This document shows positions 13,030 through 26,287 of a stretch of 34,069 nucleotides of DNA, piece after piece. The number at the start of each line of letters is the position of its first letter. Within the stretch, counting starts at the first letter, position 1. Source of the DNA: Chiloscyllium plagiosum (Eukaryota). Position numbers and translations under genes: made by a program. The notes beneath the pieces were generated by a model. The model was not told where the DNA came from and did no database searches. It was given only the letters and a program-made list of their open reading frames with translations. The DNA is taken from assembly GCF_004010195.1 (NCBI RefSeq), contig NW_025213567.1, forward strand, positions 1 through 34,069. The letters run 5' to 3'.

Positions 13030-14420
13030 AGCTATCCTACAAGTCACACTCTCCCTCCCTCCCTCATAGTATCCATTTTAACCCTTTTAATTATTTATGC
13101 AATTCTCTTTGGAAAGTTACTGGTGATTCTATTTCCATTGTCACACTGCATGCAGATTGCCAAAAATTATATGTTTCTTTAAAAATTGCCTCAAGTTGCC
13201 TCTTGTTCTTTTGTTAGTTGCTTTAAATTCATATTCTTTAGGTACTGACTCCTTAATTATTCAATCAAAATACTTTATGATTTTGAACATCTGTCTAATC
13301 TTCTGCTTTCTTCTCTGCTCAAAGGAGGGTAGCCCTTCGTTGCAGCCTTTCCATATAACTGAAGTCCCTTATCCATGGTAGTTTTCTTCTGCATCTTTTC
13401 CAAAGCCATAACATCCTTTGTCAACTCTGGTGCCTAGAATTGAATACAGAAGCGGAGGTCTATCCAGTGTTTTACAAAGGTTTATTTAACCAGCTCTAAA
13501 TAAAGCCAAGGGTTTTGTATTTTTTAAAAATCTGTCTCTTGACCTGTTTTTTCCATCATCGAAGGTTTGTGTGCATGCATAACCGGGTTACTCTGTTCCA
13601 AATGCTTAAAACCATACCATTTAATTCATTGTTTCCTCTGTCTATTTTCCTGCTGAAAACAATTACCTCCTTTTTTATTCATATATCTGACCATTTCACT
13701 AGTCTATGATCTGCTGACACCTGCTTACTGCATTTCCAAGTTGTTGTTATCTGCAAACTTAAAAGCATGTCCTGTATATCCAAGATAGATAAATATCAAA
13801 ACATGAAAGTGGTGCCAATGCTGACTCTTGGGGAAATAGCACAGCATACACCCCAAACCCCTCTTCACCAAATCTGTTTTCAAAAATCTGTTCGTCAGTA
13901 TTTGCTTTCTATGTCATAGGCAATTTTTCAGACATGCTGTGACTGTCCCTTTAATGCCTTCAGTTTTATTATGTGGTACATTTTAAAACTCCATATACAC
14001 AACATTAACTACTCTACCCATAGCTATGTTCTGTTACTGTATCAAAAAAAGTAAATCTAGATCCTTTAATAATTGCATGCTAACTTTAATTTGCTGCCCC
14101 ACACTTTTCCAAATGGCAATTAATTTTGTCCAGTGTTAGTGTCTAACTGACATTAGGTTGCTTGCAATTGTCACATCTGTCTGTCTTTTTTTTAAACAAA
14201 GGTCTTACATCTGCAATCCTTCTGTTTTTACTACCATCACTTTATCGACGGATGATTGAACTATTCTGACTAGCCTTCAATTTCAAGCTTTACTTTCCTC
14301 AGTAATCTAGCGTGCCTCTGATCTGGATCACATGACTGTTTGTTTAAGAACTTGTACAACCAGCCTTTCAAAAACAAGTTCTTAATTTTTTTTTCCCCAT
14401 CTATTATCAATATTGTCCCT
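13030..14420 (-). mobile_element. Highly decayed CR1/L2-clade LINE ORF2 remnant
   Basis: Colinear relics matching the 28-29 kb element: GGTGCCTAGAATTGAATACA (13429), GTTATCTGCAAACTT (13746; FADD region) and GGTGCCAATGCTGACTCTTGGGGA (13811; PQGS region). Confidence 0.5.
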
Positions 14421-15416
14421 TTCCCAATTCCTTTTTTGTTTGATATTGACTGAGATTGTGTTGGTTTGAGCTTACTATCTCTAACAATAGAATATTCTCA
14501 GAATGAGCAATTGGGCTGAGTAGCATAAGCCTATTTTGTGTGACATGAACCTGATGATCGTGCGAAAATAACATAAGAATGTATATGGGATAGATTATTT
14601 TTAATTGAAATTGGACAAATTTATATCAATCTTTATGAAGAACTTTAATGCAACTTGATTTTGTCATGTAAAATATTGTTTCATGCATTAGCATCATTGC
14701 TCTTAAGGAACACCTTTTGCTTTCTTTATATTCAAATATGCGCCAACTCAAGTCAGTTAATTCTTAAATTTAAATATAAGCTTCAATGCTATTGGGCGTC
14801 ACTTCCAAAATCTGGCCTGCCAGATCTTTGGGTTTATATGCTTGGAGGCATTTTCAATATTGGGACTATCTCTGACCGGAGAGAATTATTTGAACCAGGC
14901 ACTTTGCTGAACCAAATGTTAGCTTAAAGCTAAACATCTGCTGGATGGTCTGTGTGTTTTGCTATATGTCAGTTCACGATATAGTATTGAAGGGTCATGA
15001 TCTTGTTTTCAGTGCTCACTTAATTTTGAGTCACTGTGGAAAGGTTACTAAATGTAATCATCTCAGTACTGTAAACAGTAATTTGCTATCTAAGGAGCCA
15101 AGTTTTAATTGAATGAATGATAAATAGTATACCACAAAATATCCTGGAAGTCGTCTAAATGTTCTGTAATGACAGAAACATGCATCTAGCCATAAGTTGC
15201 TTATCCCTCGGTGGGGTTTTCAGTGAAATACCTACCATTAATATTTACACAGACGTTGAGTTTCTAAGACCAGTTTTTAGCCAAACACAAGGGGGTTATT
15301 TTACATGTGAACAGTAGTTTTGAGGAACTGCAATCCACTTACTCCCATCATCTTGCCGTTGCAGACCTGCCAGTATGGAGACTGTGTTTTCTCCAATTTG
15401 GTTTCACAAATACAAA

Positions 15417-15629
15417 ATAGGGGCCATAGTAAGCTATTTGGCCTTTTGAGCCTGCTGCACTAGTCAGGATGATCATAGCTGATCATCCAGCTCATCCCCA
15501 CTTTTCCCTCTATATTCTTTGATCCCTTTAGCCCCAAGTACTATATCTAACTCCTCCTTGAAATCATACAATGTGTTGGCCTCAACTGCTTTCTGTGGTA
15601 ACAAATTCTATGGGCTCACCACTCTCTGG
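15417..15629 (-). mobile_element. CR1 LINE 3' fragment
   Basis: GGCCTTTTGAGCCTGCTGCAC...GATCATAGCTGATC...GGCCTCAACTGCTTTCTGTGGTAACAAATTC...CACCACTCTCTGG parallels 27930-28126. Confidence 0.65.
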
Positions 15630-16914
15630 TGAGATGGTAGGTTTGACCTCACATGTTCATGTGTGCACACAAGGAACTGAACAACCACCTTCATTGGTGT
15701 GCTGTCCTATTTGTTTGAGTGGGTTTTCACCACAGTGAGTCACACATGAGTGGGTGGCACTTATAGAGATTGGAATTTTGGGGTAAAAGTCCCTGGTAAC
15801 GCTGTGCACAAGATCAACCTTTGCTCTATGTATCTTATACCAGTATTAATTTGTAATGCTGCGGAATGCATGAAAAGTTTTTCCTAGTGCTCAATGTAAA
15901 CATAATTCACGTTTTTGAATTGGAGAAAAGGAAAATGCCAGTTGTTGTCAAAAGCTAATAATTGAACTAGTGCTGCAAAAACTAATTCCATAGATGTTTG
16001 ACCTCACAGATACCTGAAGCTTCAGTGATGTGAACCATGACCTTTATATTTGATCATTTAGTTCAATTTTAGTGTGTTTTGCAGCTTGGTTGTAACTAGC
16101 TTTGAGTTACTTGCATTGTCAAAGTTGTTTTAAATTAGTTTTTATTTCTTCTGTGGGTCATGTTTTAAATTATTGCCTATTTTGATTACCACAAAGTGTG
16201 AACTAAAATTATTACATGCAGACAAAACATACTTGGAATGTTTTTCAATTAGGACAAAACCTGCTCCTAAATTTGGGACCCTTTTCAACTGTTCAGTTCA
16301 TTTTTTTTTTCATGATGTGTTGCCTTGTTCAGTTTCCCATAAATGTAATGACTTTTTTTGGCATTTCTAACTTTTTCATTTTAAATAAAACCTTGTTTCT
16401 ACAGTTGAAAATCCGATTTCAAGCCTTGCACATTTTAGTTCAATAAATAGCCTCTGAACTGTTTTAAATTTTTTTAGTTTGTAACTATCTTTTCAATAAA
16501 CAAAGGGAGCTTTCTTTTAACTAGTATTTTGCTTACAACTGAAGATTTTATGTTTGCATTTTTTTCTGACGTATTATTGACCTTTTCTTGGGAATGATCA
16601 ATAAGGAAGAGGTGGCATTAACTACTGGGTAATGCTCATCTCTGGTATTCCCCCCCCAAATTTAAATACCTCACCAGGTTTACTTAAACTCAAGTACTTT
16701 CCCCTTCTCCATGATAAGTTCTGTACAACAAAATAAATATTTGGAAAAATCCATGTAATAGTAAAGGGTTTCACAATTTTTCACTTAAACGATTCCCCAA
16801 CCTAAAGGTAGTACATTAGGCCTAATAGATTAATACTTGTCAATAATCTCTTGAATTTTAAAACACGTTCAGTTTACCACTAAGTTCAATAAAACGTTAC
16901 AAAAACAGAACTCA

Positions 16915-17050
16915 AACTGAGTTCTGAGGAAGGGTCATCAGACCTGAAGCGTTAACTCTGATTTCTCTTTACAGATACTGCTAGACCTGCTGAACTTTTC
17001 CAGCAGCTTCTGTTATTGTTTCTGATCTGGAGCATCCACAGTTTTATTGT
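16915..17050 (+). mobile_element. Penelope-like pseudo-LTR fragment with degenerate hammerhead motif
   Basis: CTGAGGA-AGGGTC-ATCA-GACCT-GAAGCGTTA followed by ACAGATACTGCTAGACCTGCTGAACTTTTCCAGC, homologous to the 12.1-kb element. Confidence 0.7.
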
Positions 17051-17848
17051 TTTTTATTCAATAAAACATTATTTTTCTTGAGGCTTATTTTATTTTCAAG
17101 GTATTTTTGAGCTGAAGGTATTTAAATGGATGCATTACAGAGCCTGGAGAAAAAAATATGTATGCTCTTCATTGCAACATATACATACAAATGATATAAC
17201 CTGACTGAATTGTGTGTTTCTAATATTTTGCTATTCCTGTTTTTTAATTATCTACTAGAATATAACAGTCTTGAGATCTAGTAAATCAAGGTCCAACTAA
17301 ACTTAAACTTACTGATCTACTGCCACTTCTGATGAATGAATGTGCATACCTACTTGCCCCTTAAACACTGAAAACTGCTTCGAACCAAAGAATACATTAA
17401 AAAATGGAATGTAAACTTTAACACAAGCGTTGTTTGTCAAAACCAGCATACACTATCCATTAGACTGGTTTGATTTATTGTTGCATGGATCTGTTTTTCT
17501 TTAAAAACATTTTCATAAAATAACTAAGCGGCTTTAACAAGAAGTGATGTTTTGTGGGGTGATGATATTTGAGATATGTTACACCTTCAGCTGGTTGTCA
17601 GTATTAAATTTGAGTTTTTTTTTTATCTATACAAATCCAAGTCTTTTCTAATAAAGCAGTTCTGGAGCCCGTGATCTATGTTGGTTTCTCTAAAATCAGG
17701 CTTTGTATGCAGAGATTAGTTTTTTTTTCCACGTAGTGTTTAAGGTCTTGTGAACTCAACTTGATGGAATGAATTCAACTCCAATTTTCCCATCAAAAGT
17801 GGGAGGTGATTTTGAAAGTCTAACCTTGCCATGAGTGCACATTGACAG

Positions 17849-18190
17849 ATAGAGTAATTGAGATGTACAGCACAAAACAGACCCTTTGGTCCACTCATTC
17901 ATGCTGACCAGATATCCTAACCTAATCTAGTCCCATTTTCCAACACTTGGCCCATATCCCTCTAAACCCTTCCTATTCATGTACCCATCCAGATGTATTT
18001 TAAATGTAATTGCACCAGCCTCTACCACTTCCTCTGGTAGCTCATTCCATACGCGCACTACACTGCATTTAAAAGGTCCCTTTTAAATGTTTCCCCCCTC
18101 ACCCTATACTTCTGCCCTCTAGTTCTGGACTCCACCACCTCAGGGAAAAGATCTTAACTATTTACCCTATCCGTATCCTTCATGGTTTTA
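17849..18190 (-). mobile_element. CR1 LINE 3' fragment
   Basis: Typical reverse-oriented CR1 3' end (...ACAGCACAAAACAGACCCTTTGGTCC...CCAGCCTCTACCACTTCCTCTGGTAGCTCATTCCA...), similar to 27920-28260. Confidence 0.7.
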
Positions 18191-21100
18191 AGTCTTCAAA
18201 TGTATAAGTGCATCTTTGAAATAGCATCAGTAATAAGAATGGAAGTAGAATTTTCTATATTCCGAATACTTTTCATCAACTAATTGACTAGCACAAATAA
18301 TGAGGGATATTTATTTTAAACATGTTTATGATTTTCTAACCCAGTCCTTTGCAAGCATGACCATATAAAGCTAGCCAGTATGAATATTTTCGGGTGAGTT
18401 TAAAATAGAGGAAGGTTTTATTTGCTATTTAGCCTGACTTGTTATTTGATAGAAATGAATACAACTAGTTTTCCTACTTTGTAAATCAGAAGCTTTGATA
18501 GTCTACTTCCCTGTTGATTGGTATTTATATTCTTTTCATATCTTTATTATTTTGCTCGAAATGAATTCATAAGGTAGAAATATCAGCATTTTTTTCTTTG
18601 TAAGTCTGTATACTTTTAAATTTGTTGATTTCTGAGCTCTCGTATTTCAACTTGTCACTATGAAGGTGCATTTAGTTTTAGTATTAATGAAGTAGCTTCT
18701 TTCTTTCAAATATTCCTAAAATTTGCAGTGTGTTTTTACCTTGTGACAAATCATTTTGGTTGCAATGTTATTTGTTTAACTTTAAACTTCTAGACCCCAA
18801 ATGGGTTTGTAGTTTTCATATTCTTTTGACTGCTGCACTCATTGGTGGCTTGTTCCATGTTTGTTTAAATGCTTGTGTAACCAGAGTGTACCATTGAAAT
18901 AACTTATGTCACTAACTTTCTAAAAAGAAAATGGTCACTTTATTACAGTGCAACGTGCCTACCCATAATTGCAAACTAGTTCCTAACTTCTACCAGTTTG
19001 CTGCAGAGGAGTACTGTCTCTTGGACAATACTTAGTCATGCCTTCCAGAGTGAACGTTGCTCACTTGAGCCTTGATAGCATGTGAAGAGATTACTGCTGA
19101 GTCTGATTTCAGCCCTTAATTGTTAGTGATTGCAGTAAGGGATGTTGGGTAGCAATCTAGTGGGAAACATGGAATTTTTTTTTAACTTCTATCTAATCAG
19201 GGGCAAGGACACCTCTCTGTGCAACTATGCAACATTCCAATGGCTGAGATCAGCTAACAGCACAGACTAGAAGATATAGCTCCCAATTTCCAGGATAACT
19301 TCATTGAGCCATTGGTTGGGTGTACTTTAGTTTTAATAGGTTCCTTGACTGATTTTTTTTTAAAAAAAGAAACAAATTGCCAACTCTCAATTAGTTCTTC
19401 TGTTCCTGAAGATTCCAGTAATTTATTGGTACCCAATAGAGGGTGCCATAAACTCACAATAAGTTCGGCATTTCTTGGCATATTGCTACATTAGGGTTAC
19501 TAATTATGTATTGTAACAATTTAAATGTGCACCTGAATATAATTTTTTTTCAGTAAATGTTGATAATGCACAGATTTTCCATGTGGCTAATTTTTTTCCT
19601 AAACATTCCACGTACAAGGGTCCCTTTGTTTTCTCCAGACCTCTCTCCCTCCCCTTCCTGAAGGCAGCAGTTTGTGCCAGGATATGGTTCCACAAGCAGT
19701 GGCCCTCCAGTAGCTCTGAAACGGCCATTCTTCATGTGTGAACCTGGATGGTGAGTGCTCGTTCTGCTATTCACAGCCCAGCCCTGCCTTTTCTCATTTG
19801 ACGTACATTCACTTGAAGCCGAAATTGCTGATCTGGCATGCTGAGCGTTTCAGAAATTTTTGTTTTGGTTTGAATACCGGTGTATGCAGCCTTTTATGCT
19901 CCTTATGTAGACCTTTTGCTGTAAAGTTTGGAGCAATAGCTGTTCCAATGAGCAAAGCCATTCAGCTACGTTTGTGCCAAAACCAGAACACCCAGTATTT
20001 GTGGTTAATATCAGCTGGAGGCATAGTTGCAGCTGTGTACCGATACCGATCAGGAGAGCATTGATGCAGGAATGTTGAGTGCTAAAGCCAGAAAGTCTCT
20101 CTTTGATTCTCCAATTACAGTCAGTTTTTGATCTCTGCTATAAGACATAAAAGTTCTAGAATCCTGTAGGTCTTGGATATGTTGTACCTTAGTTCACTTG
20201 GTACTTTACTAGGAGAGAATATTGGAGGCCAGGAAGCAAGCCACCTACAAGGTTTCCTTGCACATGTCTCTGTAGTTTTGGTGAAGGGGGAAATGGTATT
20301 TTCTGGCCCATATATACAGTACCTACAGTTACAGTAGACTAGTTGTGATGGATGATTGGAATACAGAAATGAGTAAGTCCAGCTTCTTGATAATTAAATA
20401 GTTTTATCTTTCATTTGCAACAGAGCCAAAGAAAATTCTGTGCAGTCGAGTAAATAAATTACGCACAGGGGTATTGCTGTCCAAGCTTGCTTCCCCACTG
20501 TCATTCCTCCCCCAATAGCATCTTTACAAAGTTTTTAGGTTTTCATTTGCTTATAATAGCTTCATTATCACTTGGGTACAATTTTTCAGTTTGTGGGATC
20601 TTTAGTGAAGCATATAAACCTGTTTTAGGGATAGCTGAAAAGTCAGTGTTTATAGTTACTGACCAGAACAGTGAAGGATAATTGTTGCACTCCTCAGCAG
20701 CTCAACCTTGAGAATTTTCACCTCCTTCTAGATACTAATAGGTGGATTGTTAAACAGCCAAATATTGCTAGATTCTTGGGTCTTCAGTGAGTAAGCAAAT
20801 GCATATTAGTAGAAATAGGTAAATAAGGTGAATTTAAAGAAAATGATGTGAAAGATAAGTGGTAATGTGGATTTAATATGAATAATACAGAACTTAATTG
20901 GATGGTAAAGTACACTTAATTTTGACTTGCATTCAAAAATTGCACTATTTTAAATTGCAGCTAGAATGTGTGAATATGTTCTTGAGGCTTCCACTTGTTG
21001 ATAGCTAATTCTTCAACTGAAGATTTCAGTATGTTTCCTTGTAATTAGATAAAATTGTGTAAAAGCCTTGAGAACAAAAGGGTAAAACCACAATTATTCT

Positions 21101-21699
21101 GCACCTTTCAAGTTGTGTATTTTTAAAATTTGAATATTAAGCATTTTTCAGTTGTCAGAATGGTGTCCAGAATTAATTTTCTGGTCACTTACATTTTGAT
21201 TAAGTGTAACAAGTGTTCTGTCACATACACAAGCAAAAACTTGAATTTTTTTTTATAGTTCAAGTTATGAAGGAACAGCATATAATATTTGTAGGATTGG
21301 ATAGCACCATTCTTTTCATATCATAGTGTTTCTGAAAGAGAATCTCACACCACTGAACTGTTCATTCATGACTATGGAATAAAAAAAAGCTTGTGATGCT
21401 TGCTGGTAATTTGCACTTTTTAAAAATATTTGTGATGGAACAATAATGTAAGCATATTCCCAACAAGTTTGATCAAGTGAATCATGGTTTATCTTGTAAA
21501 ATGTGAACAGTTTCCAGAAAATCAATTTCCAGACTGCTTCATGTCTTAACTAACATTTTACAGGAGTGGATAATAAAGATGATCTGTAAACCAGCCAAAT
21601 GCATTTAAGTGGCGCATGTATAGATTGTTTTTCTATTTTGGAATATAAACGGCTTATTATTCTTTTGAGGGGGAAAAATAGTATAACTTGTTTTTCTAG

Positions 21700-21855
<156 letters not shown>

Positions 21856-22195
21856 TAAGTTAGTATGACAGTTTTTAGTCACAATATTTTAGACAGCACT
21901 AAACTGCTTTGTTGTGTAGTAATCAACGACTTTTCTTAATAAAGAAAAATGAGAAAATCAGTGTTTCAGTGGAGCTTATCCCAAATGCTGATGTTCGTGA
22001 TTTAAGTGTTTGTACTGTGTTTTGTGCAACACTTCATTTGTAGAGCTGCGCTATTTCATATTGTAAAATTTAATGGAATGTTTCAAAGCTATTTGATTCT
22101 TGTAATTCCATTAATCTTGATACCTATACTTGTGGAATTCATATTCTGATGAGCTTGTTAATAGTTTATCCCTTCAAATATTCAAGTATTTTTAA

Positions 22196-22378
<183 letters not shown>

Positions 22379-22803
22379 TAATGATCTGTAACTCCTTGTC
22401 TTAATTTTGTATTCTGTTTGAACTAATTTGGATTTATTTCAGAAGTTTAAGTTGATTACATCAGTACAAAATAAATTATTTTCTAAGTTGTATTATTTAA
22501 ATGAGCTAGAAAGGTGGCTGTAACATAATCCATTACTTGGTTTCTTATTTTGGCTGCACTGGGGGTCCAAAACAGAAGGGAGGGGAAACCTGAAAGTTAA
22601 ATCCACACTTGCATTTTAACATTCATTTAGAATTAGATTGAAGTTCAGAGAGAGATTGGCTTCCTGCTATTATTAGTGTTGGGAATGATTGGATGTTCCA
22701 ATTATTTGTTAGTGTTCAGACAGGAGATTAATGGTATAATTTTGCTGAGTTGGAATGTAAGGAAAAGTTGAAAGGCTTCTATAAAAATGTATTTTTCTTT
22801 TGA

Positions 22804-23013
<210 letters not shown>

Positions 23014-23249
23014 TAATTAATTCATTTCTATTACATTGTTTATTTTGTGTTTGGTAAAATATTGTTCCTAAGGTGGTATTTTTGATAAATCACATCCAAT
23101 AATTAGACTTTTGGGTTACTTTTGGATATAAGCAAAACAGGTAGCTTTATTGTCTTTAGCTTTATTTTAGAAAATTATTTAGTTTTAGGTGTATTAGTGT
23201 TTCTCTGCACCATTGGAAAGTATTTCCCCTTTATAGATGAAGAGCATAA

Positions 23250-23640
23250 TGGGGGAAATAGGAGCTGGCATAGATCATTTGACTGCTCAGACCTATTCTG
23301 CCATTCAGCAAGGATGTGGTTGTTCTGACTGCAGCCTTAACTTGAGTTACTTGCCTCCCTCCATAAGCCTTGACTCTATTGTGAATCAAGAAGTTGATAT
23401 AACTCAACTTTGTTTATATTCAATGACCCAGTTTCCACTGCTTGCTGGGGAACAAACTCCTAAGGTTAGTGATATGCCTGCTTTATGGCAAGGACTCAAA
23501 CATCTTTGAAGTTTTTGTTTCCTCCTTGAGAGTTTTGTGCTTACTAGTTTGTCCTGTTCCCTCAAATGGCATAAAGATTCCCCCTGTATTTAATTGTGAT
23601 AACAATATTGCCCTTGTTTGCTGCCCAGGTAGAATTAATT
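23250..23640 (-). mobile_element. Decayed CR1 3' fragment in the last intron
   Basis: GAAATAGGAGCTGGCATAGATCATTTGACTGCTCAGACCTATTCTGCCATTCA resembles the CR1 3' terminus. Confidence 0.45.
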
Positions 23641-23961
23641 GCATTTTTAAAAAGTTGATCCACTAGTGCTAAATCTTGAATTGCTAGTTCCGTGTTCAAC
23701 CGAATTCAGACTTCCTTATTTTAACAGGTGTCCAAGAAAGGATAATTTGTACCCTTTGTCCAGGAAGAGTTAGATCCAAAATGAAGTTATGAGTTTCCCA
23801 ACTTATGTCTTTGGATATTTTAATTTTTAAAATCACGTATGCAATGTAAGTTAAAGTGCTCTGTGGTATTTCTGCAAGATGATTCAATTTTGGAATCATT
23901 CTAAGTTATTGAACTTATGCCTGATGTCATGAATATCCATTGCTTGAATTGTTTATTTCAG

Positions 23962-25096
23962 ATACCATGAAAGCGAATTGTCAGACCATGACTGGCCTTT
24001 GCACAGTAACTTTGAGGCAGATGATGTCCAACGAGATCCACGAGCAATGTCTGACATGACTGAAGAAGATGAGGTACAAGTGGACCCTCGCAAGTATTTA
24101 GATGGAGAACGTGAAAAGTATTTGGAGGATCCTGCATTTGACTTGAACTTTTCCACTGAACATTCTTGGCCACATTCAGATCACCATGAAAACAAATACT
24201 GTGATCTAGAATGTGGCCACACCTGTAATTATAAAGTGGGGTCACCATCCTACTTGGATAATTTGGTGTGGAGGGACAGTGAAGTGAATCATTACTATGA
24301 GCCCAAACTTATTATAGACCTATCTAACTGGAAAGAGCAAAGCAGAGATAAGCCCGATAAAAAAGGCAAATCAAAGTGTGAAAAGAATGGACTAGTGAAG
24401 GCACAGTTAGCTTTGGTAGAGGCAACACAACAGATTGCTGAGAAGGGCAAAGAGAAGATTCGGGGGTTTGACTTTGATTCTTTCATGGCAAGCACCATCA
24501 AGCTTAGTTTGCAGCCAGAGGCTTGTGATATAGATAAGCTGAATGACTTGAACAGTTCAGTATCTCAGTTGGACCTGAAAAGTTCAATGTCAAATTGCAA
24601 GTCTGTCAGTCAGGAGAAGGAGGAGAAAGGGATGGCCAATTTGGCTCAACTGGAATACCAAAGTCAGAATCCATGGGATTGCCAGTTTGCAATTGACGGA
24701 AGCGATGGTGAGGAGGAAAGTTTTCTAATTCATCTAGATGAAGATGTTTGTTGGGACAACAGGAAGGATGAGCAGCTAGAAAAAAGTACATTCACTAGTT
24801 ATTTAGACAAGTTATTCAACAAAAAAGATGAGGTAGAAATCGCAGAATCTGAGCCGGCAAGTGACAGGAAACTGGGGGAAAGAATTAGTGAAGAGTGTGT
24901 GAAAGAGGTGAGCAGAAATGGGGAGATCCCATTCAGCAAGCAGTTGGAGTCCATTGGTATTCCCCAGTTTGACAATCCTGTCAGTTCACCACTGAAATCT
25001 AAAGCGATTCAGACCACTTTAGCACCTGCCGCTGCAAAACTGTCTCCTCAGATTCCTCATAAGACTTATAGTAGCATCTTGAAACATTTGAACTGA
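23962..25096 (+). CDS. MAPK6: MAPK6 terminal coding exon (C34 domain and ERK3-specific C-terminal tail)
   Basis: Acceptor gtttatttcag|A. Open frame YHESELSDHDWP...EVQVDPRKY...HYYEPKLIIDLSNWKEQ...SPQIPHKTYSSILKHLN* with TGA at 25094-25096. Total CDS 555+145+165+202+1135 = 2202 nt = 733 aa + stop. Confidence 0.97.
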
Positions 25097-25653
25097 ATAG
25101 AACACTCAGCAGACATTTGTTTTGTATACTTTACTATGTGCATTTGTCTCATTTTCTTAAGTCTGGAATCTTATTTTTGTAAGTTCAAACTGTGTTCCTT
25201 TTGGTTTGAATGGTTTACTATTTTTACACGTCAAATTATTTTGACATTGCATTTTAATTTTTTTGTAAACTTATGTCATTTGCACACTGTTTAAATATGT
25301 ACATTACAAAAAAAAATTAATGCAGAAAATTGTGACTATGAAACGGTGTGATAATGCACTAGACCAAGTGGACATATTTAATTGGTGAAATTAGAATAAC
25401 CACCAAGCACAGTCTACTTGTTTTGCAAATGGAATGGTTTCCATTTTAGCAAATACACGGTTGAAATATATTTGCATGAGATTTTTACAAATTCATTTAA
25501 AATCAAATTAAAAGTGTTTAAGTCCAAGCAGTAAAGTGCGTTTGTTTTTCCCCAGCAGTACATTAGACATTTTCTGATAGCTTAAATGTTTCTTAAACAT
25601 GTGATGCCAGCAAAACCAGCAAATGAATGCAGAACATGGTACGCATGTGTTAT

Positions 25654-25661
25654 CTACCTCA
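25654..25661 (+). promoter_or_regulatory. let-7/miR-98 8-mer seed match in the 3' UTR
   Basis: CTACCTCA is the reverse complement of let-7 nt 2-8 followed by A. Confidence 0.6.
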
Positions 25662-26071
25662 AGGTAACGGCAATGAGTGGCTGACCTTGAGCCACCTTCA
25701 GTGCTTCACAGCATGGACGTGAACTTAGCCAGCATCACTGTACTAGCAGTTGTTCCCTGTTTGAAAAGCTGTCAGTACTTGTAACTTTCTGGTATGCATT
25801 TTCCATAGTAAAGTGTTCAGATACATTATTTATTTTAGCAGATGTAAGATTTTTCTGTATTTATTTTAATTTTATAGTTTCATTGTGACTTTAAAATGAA
25901 TTTGGGGCATTTTGAAGCTAACTTCATGTCTGGCACTATAGTTGATTGTGTAAAATGAAAATCACCTTGTCCTAATGCTTTCCCATTTACTTGTCTTTAG
26001 AATTGGCTTGTTTTGAAAAGAGCATTCACTATATATAGGAATTGGTACATTTTAGTGATGCTTAACTTCCC

Positions 26072-26081
26072 ATTAAATAAA
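26072..26081 (+). terminator. Polyadenylation signal (overlapping ATTAAA and AATAAA)
   Basis: cATTAAATAAAcc: ATTAAA at 26072-26077 and AATAAA at 26076-26081, ~1 kb after the stop codon. Confidence 0.65.
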
Positions 26082-26287
26082 CCTTTGAACAATTTAGAAT
26101 TCATTTCAAAGCTGATTTTGGAAATGCTCCAAGAAGTCTTAAATTCTATGTTTAATTTGTTTAAAATTTAAGATTAGAAATCTCTGCATGGAAATAACTG
26201 AGTTACAAACATGACTGTAAAAGTTAAAGCTATAGACAACAGTAAGATGGATGTTGAATTTTCATCTTTATTTTTATTGTACATTTT

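Larger units (their letters stand above)
25097..26100 (+). other. MAPK6: MAPK6 3' UTR (end approximate)
   Basis: U-rich sequence with no recognisable repeat, running from the stop codon to overlapping ATTAAA/AATAAA signals. Confidence 0.7.

Noticed and set aside
26135..26142. AGTCTTAA (miR-499-type seed match)
   Set aside because: It lies downstream of the likely poly(A) signal, and a single 8-mer in AT-rich DNA is weak evidence.
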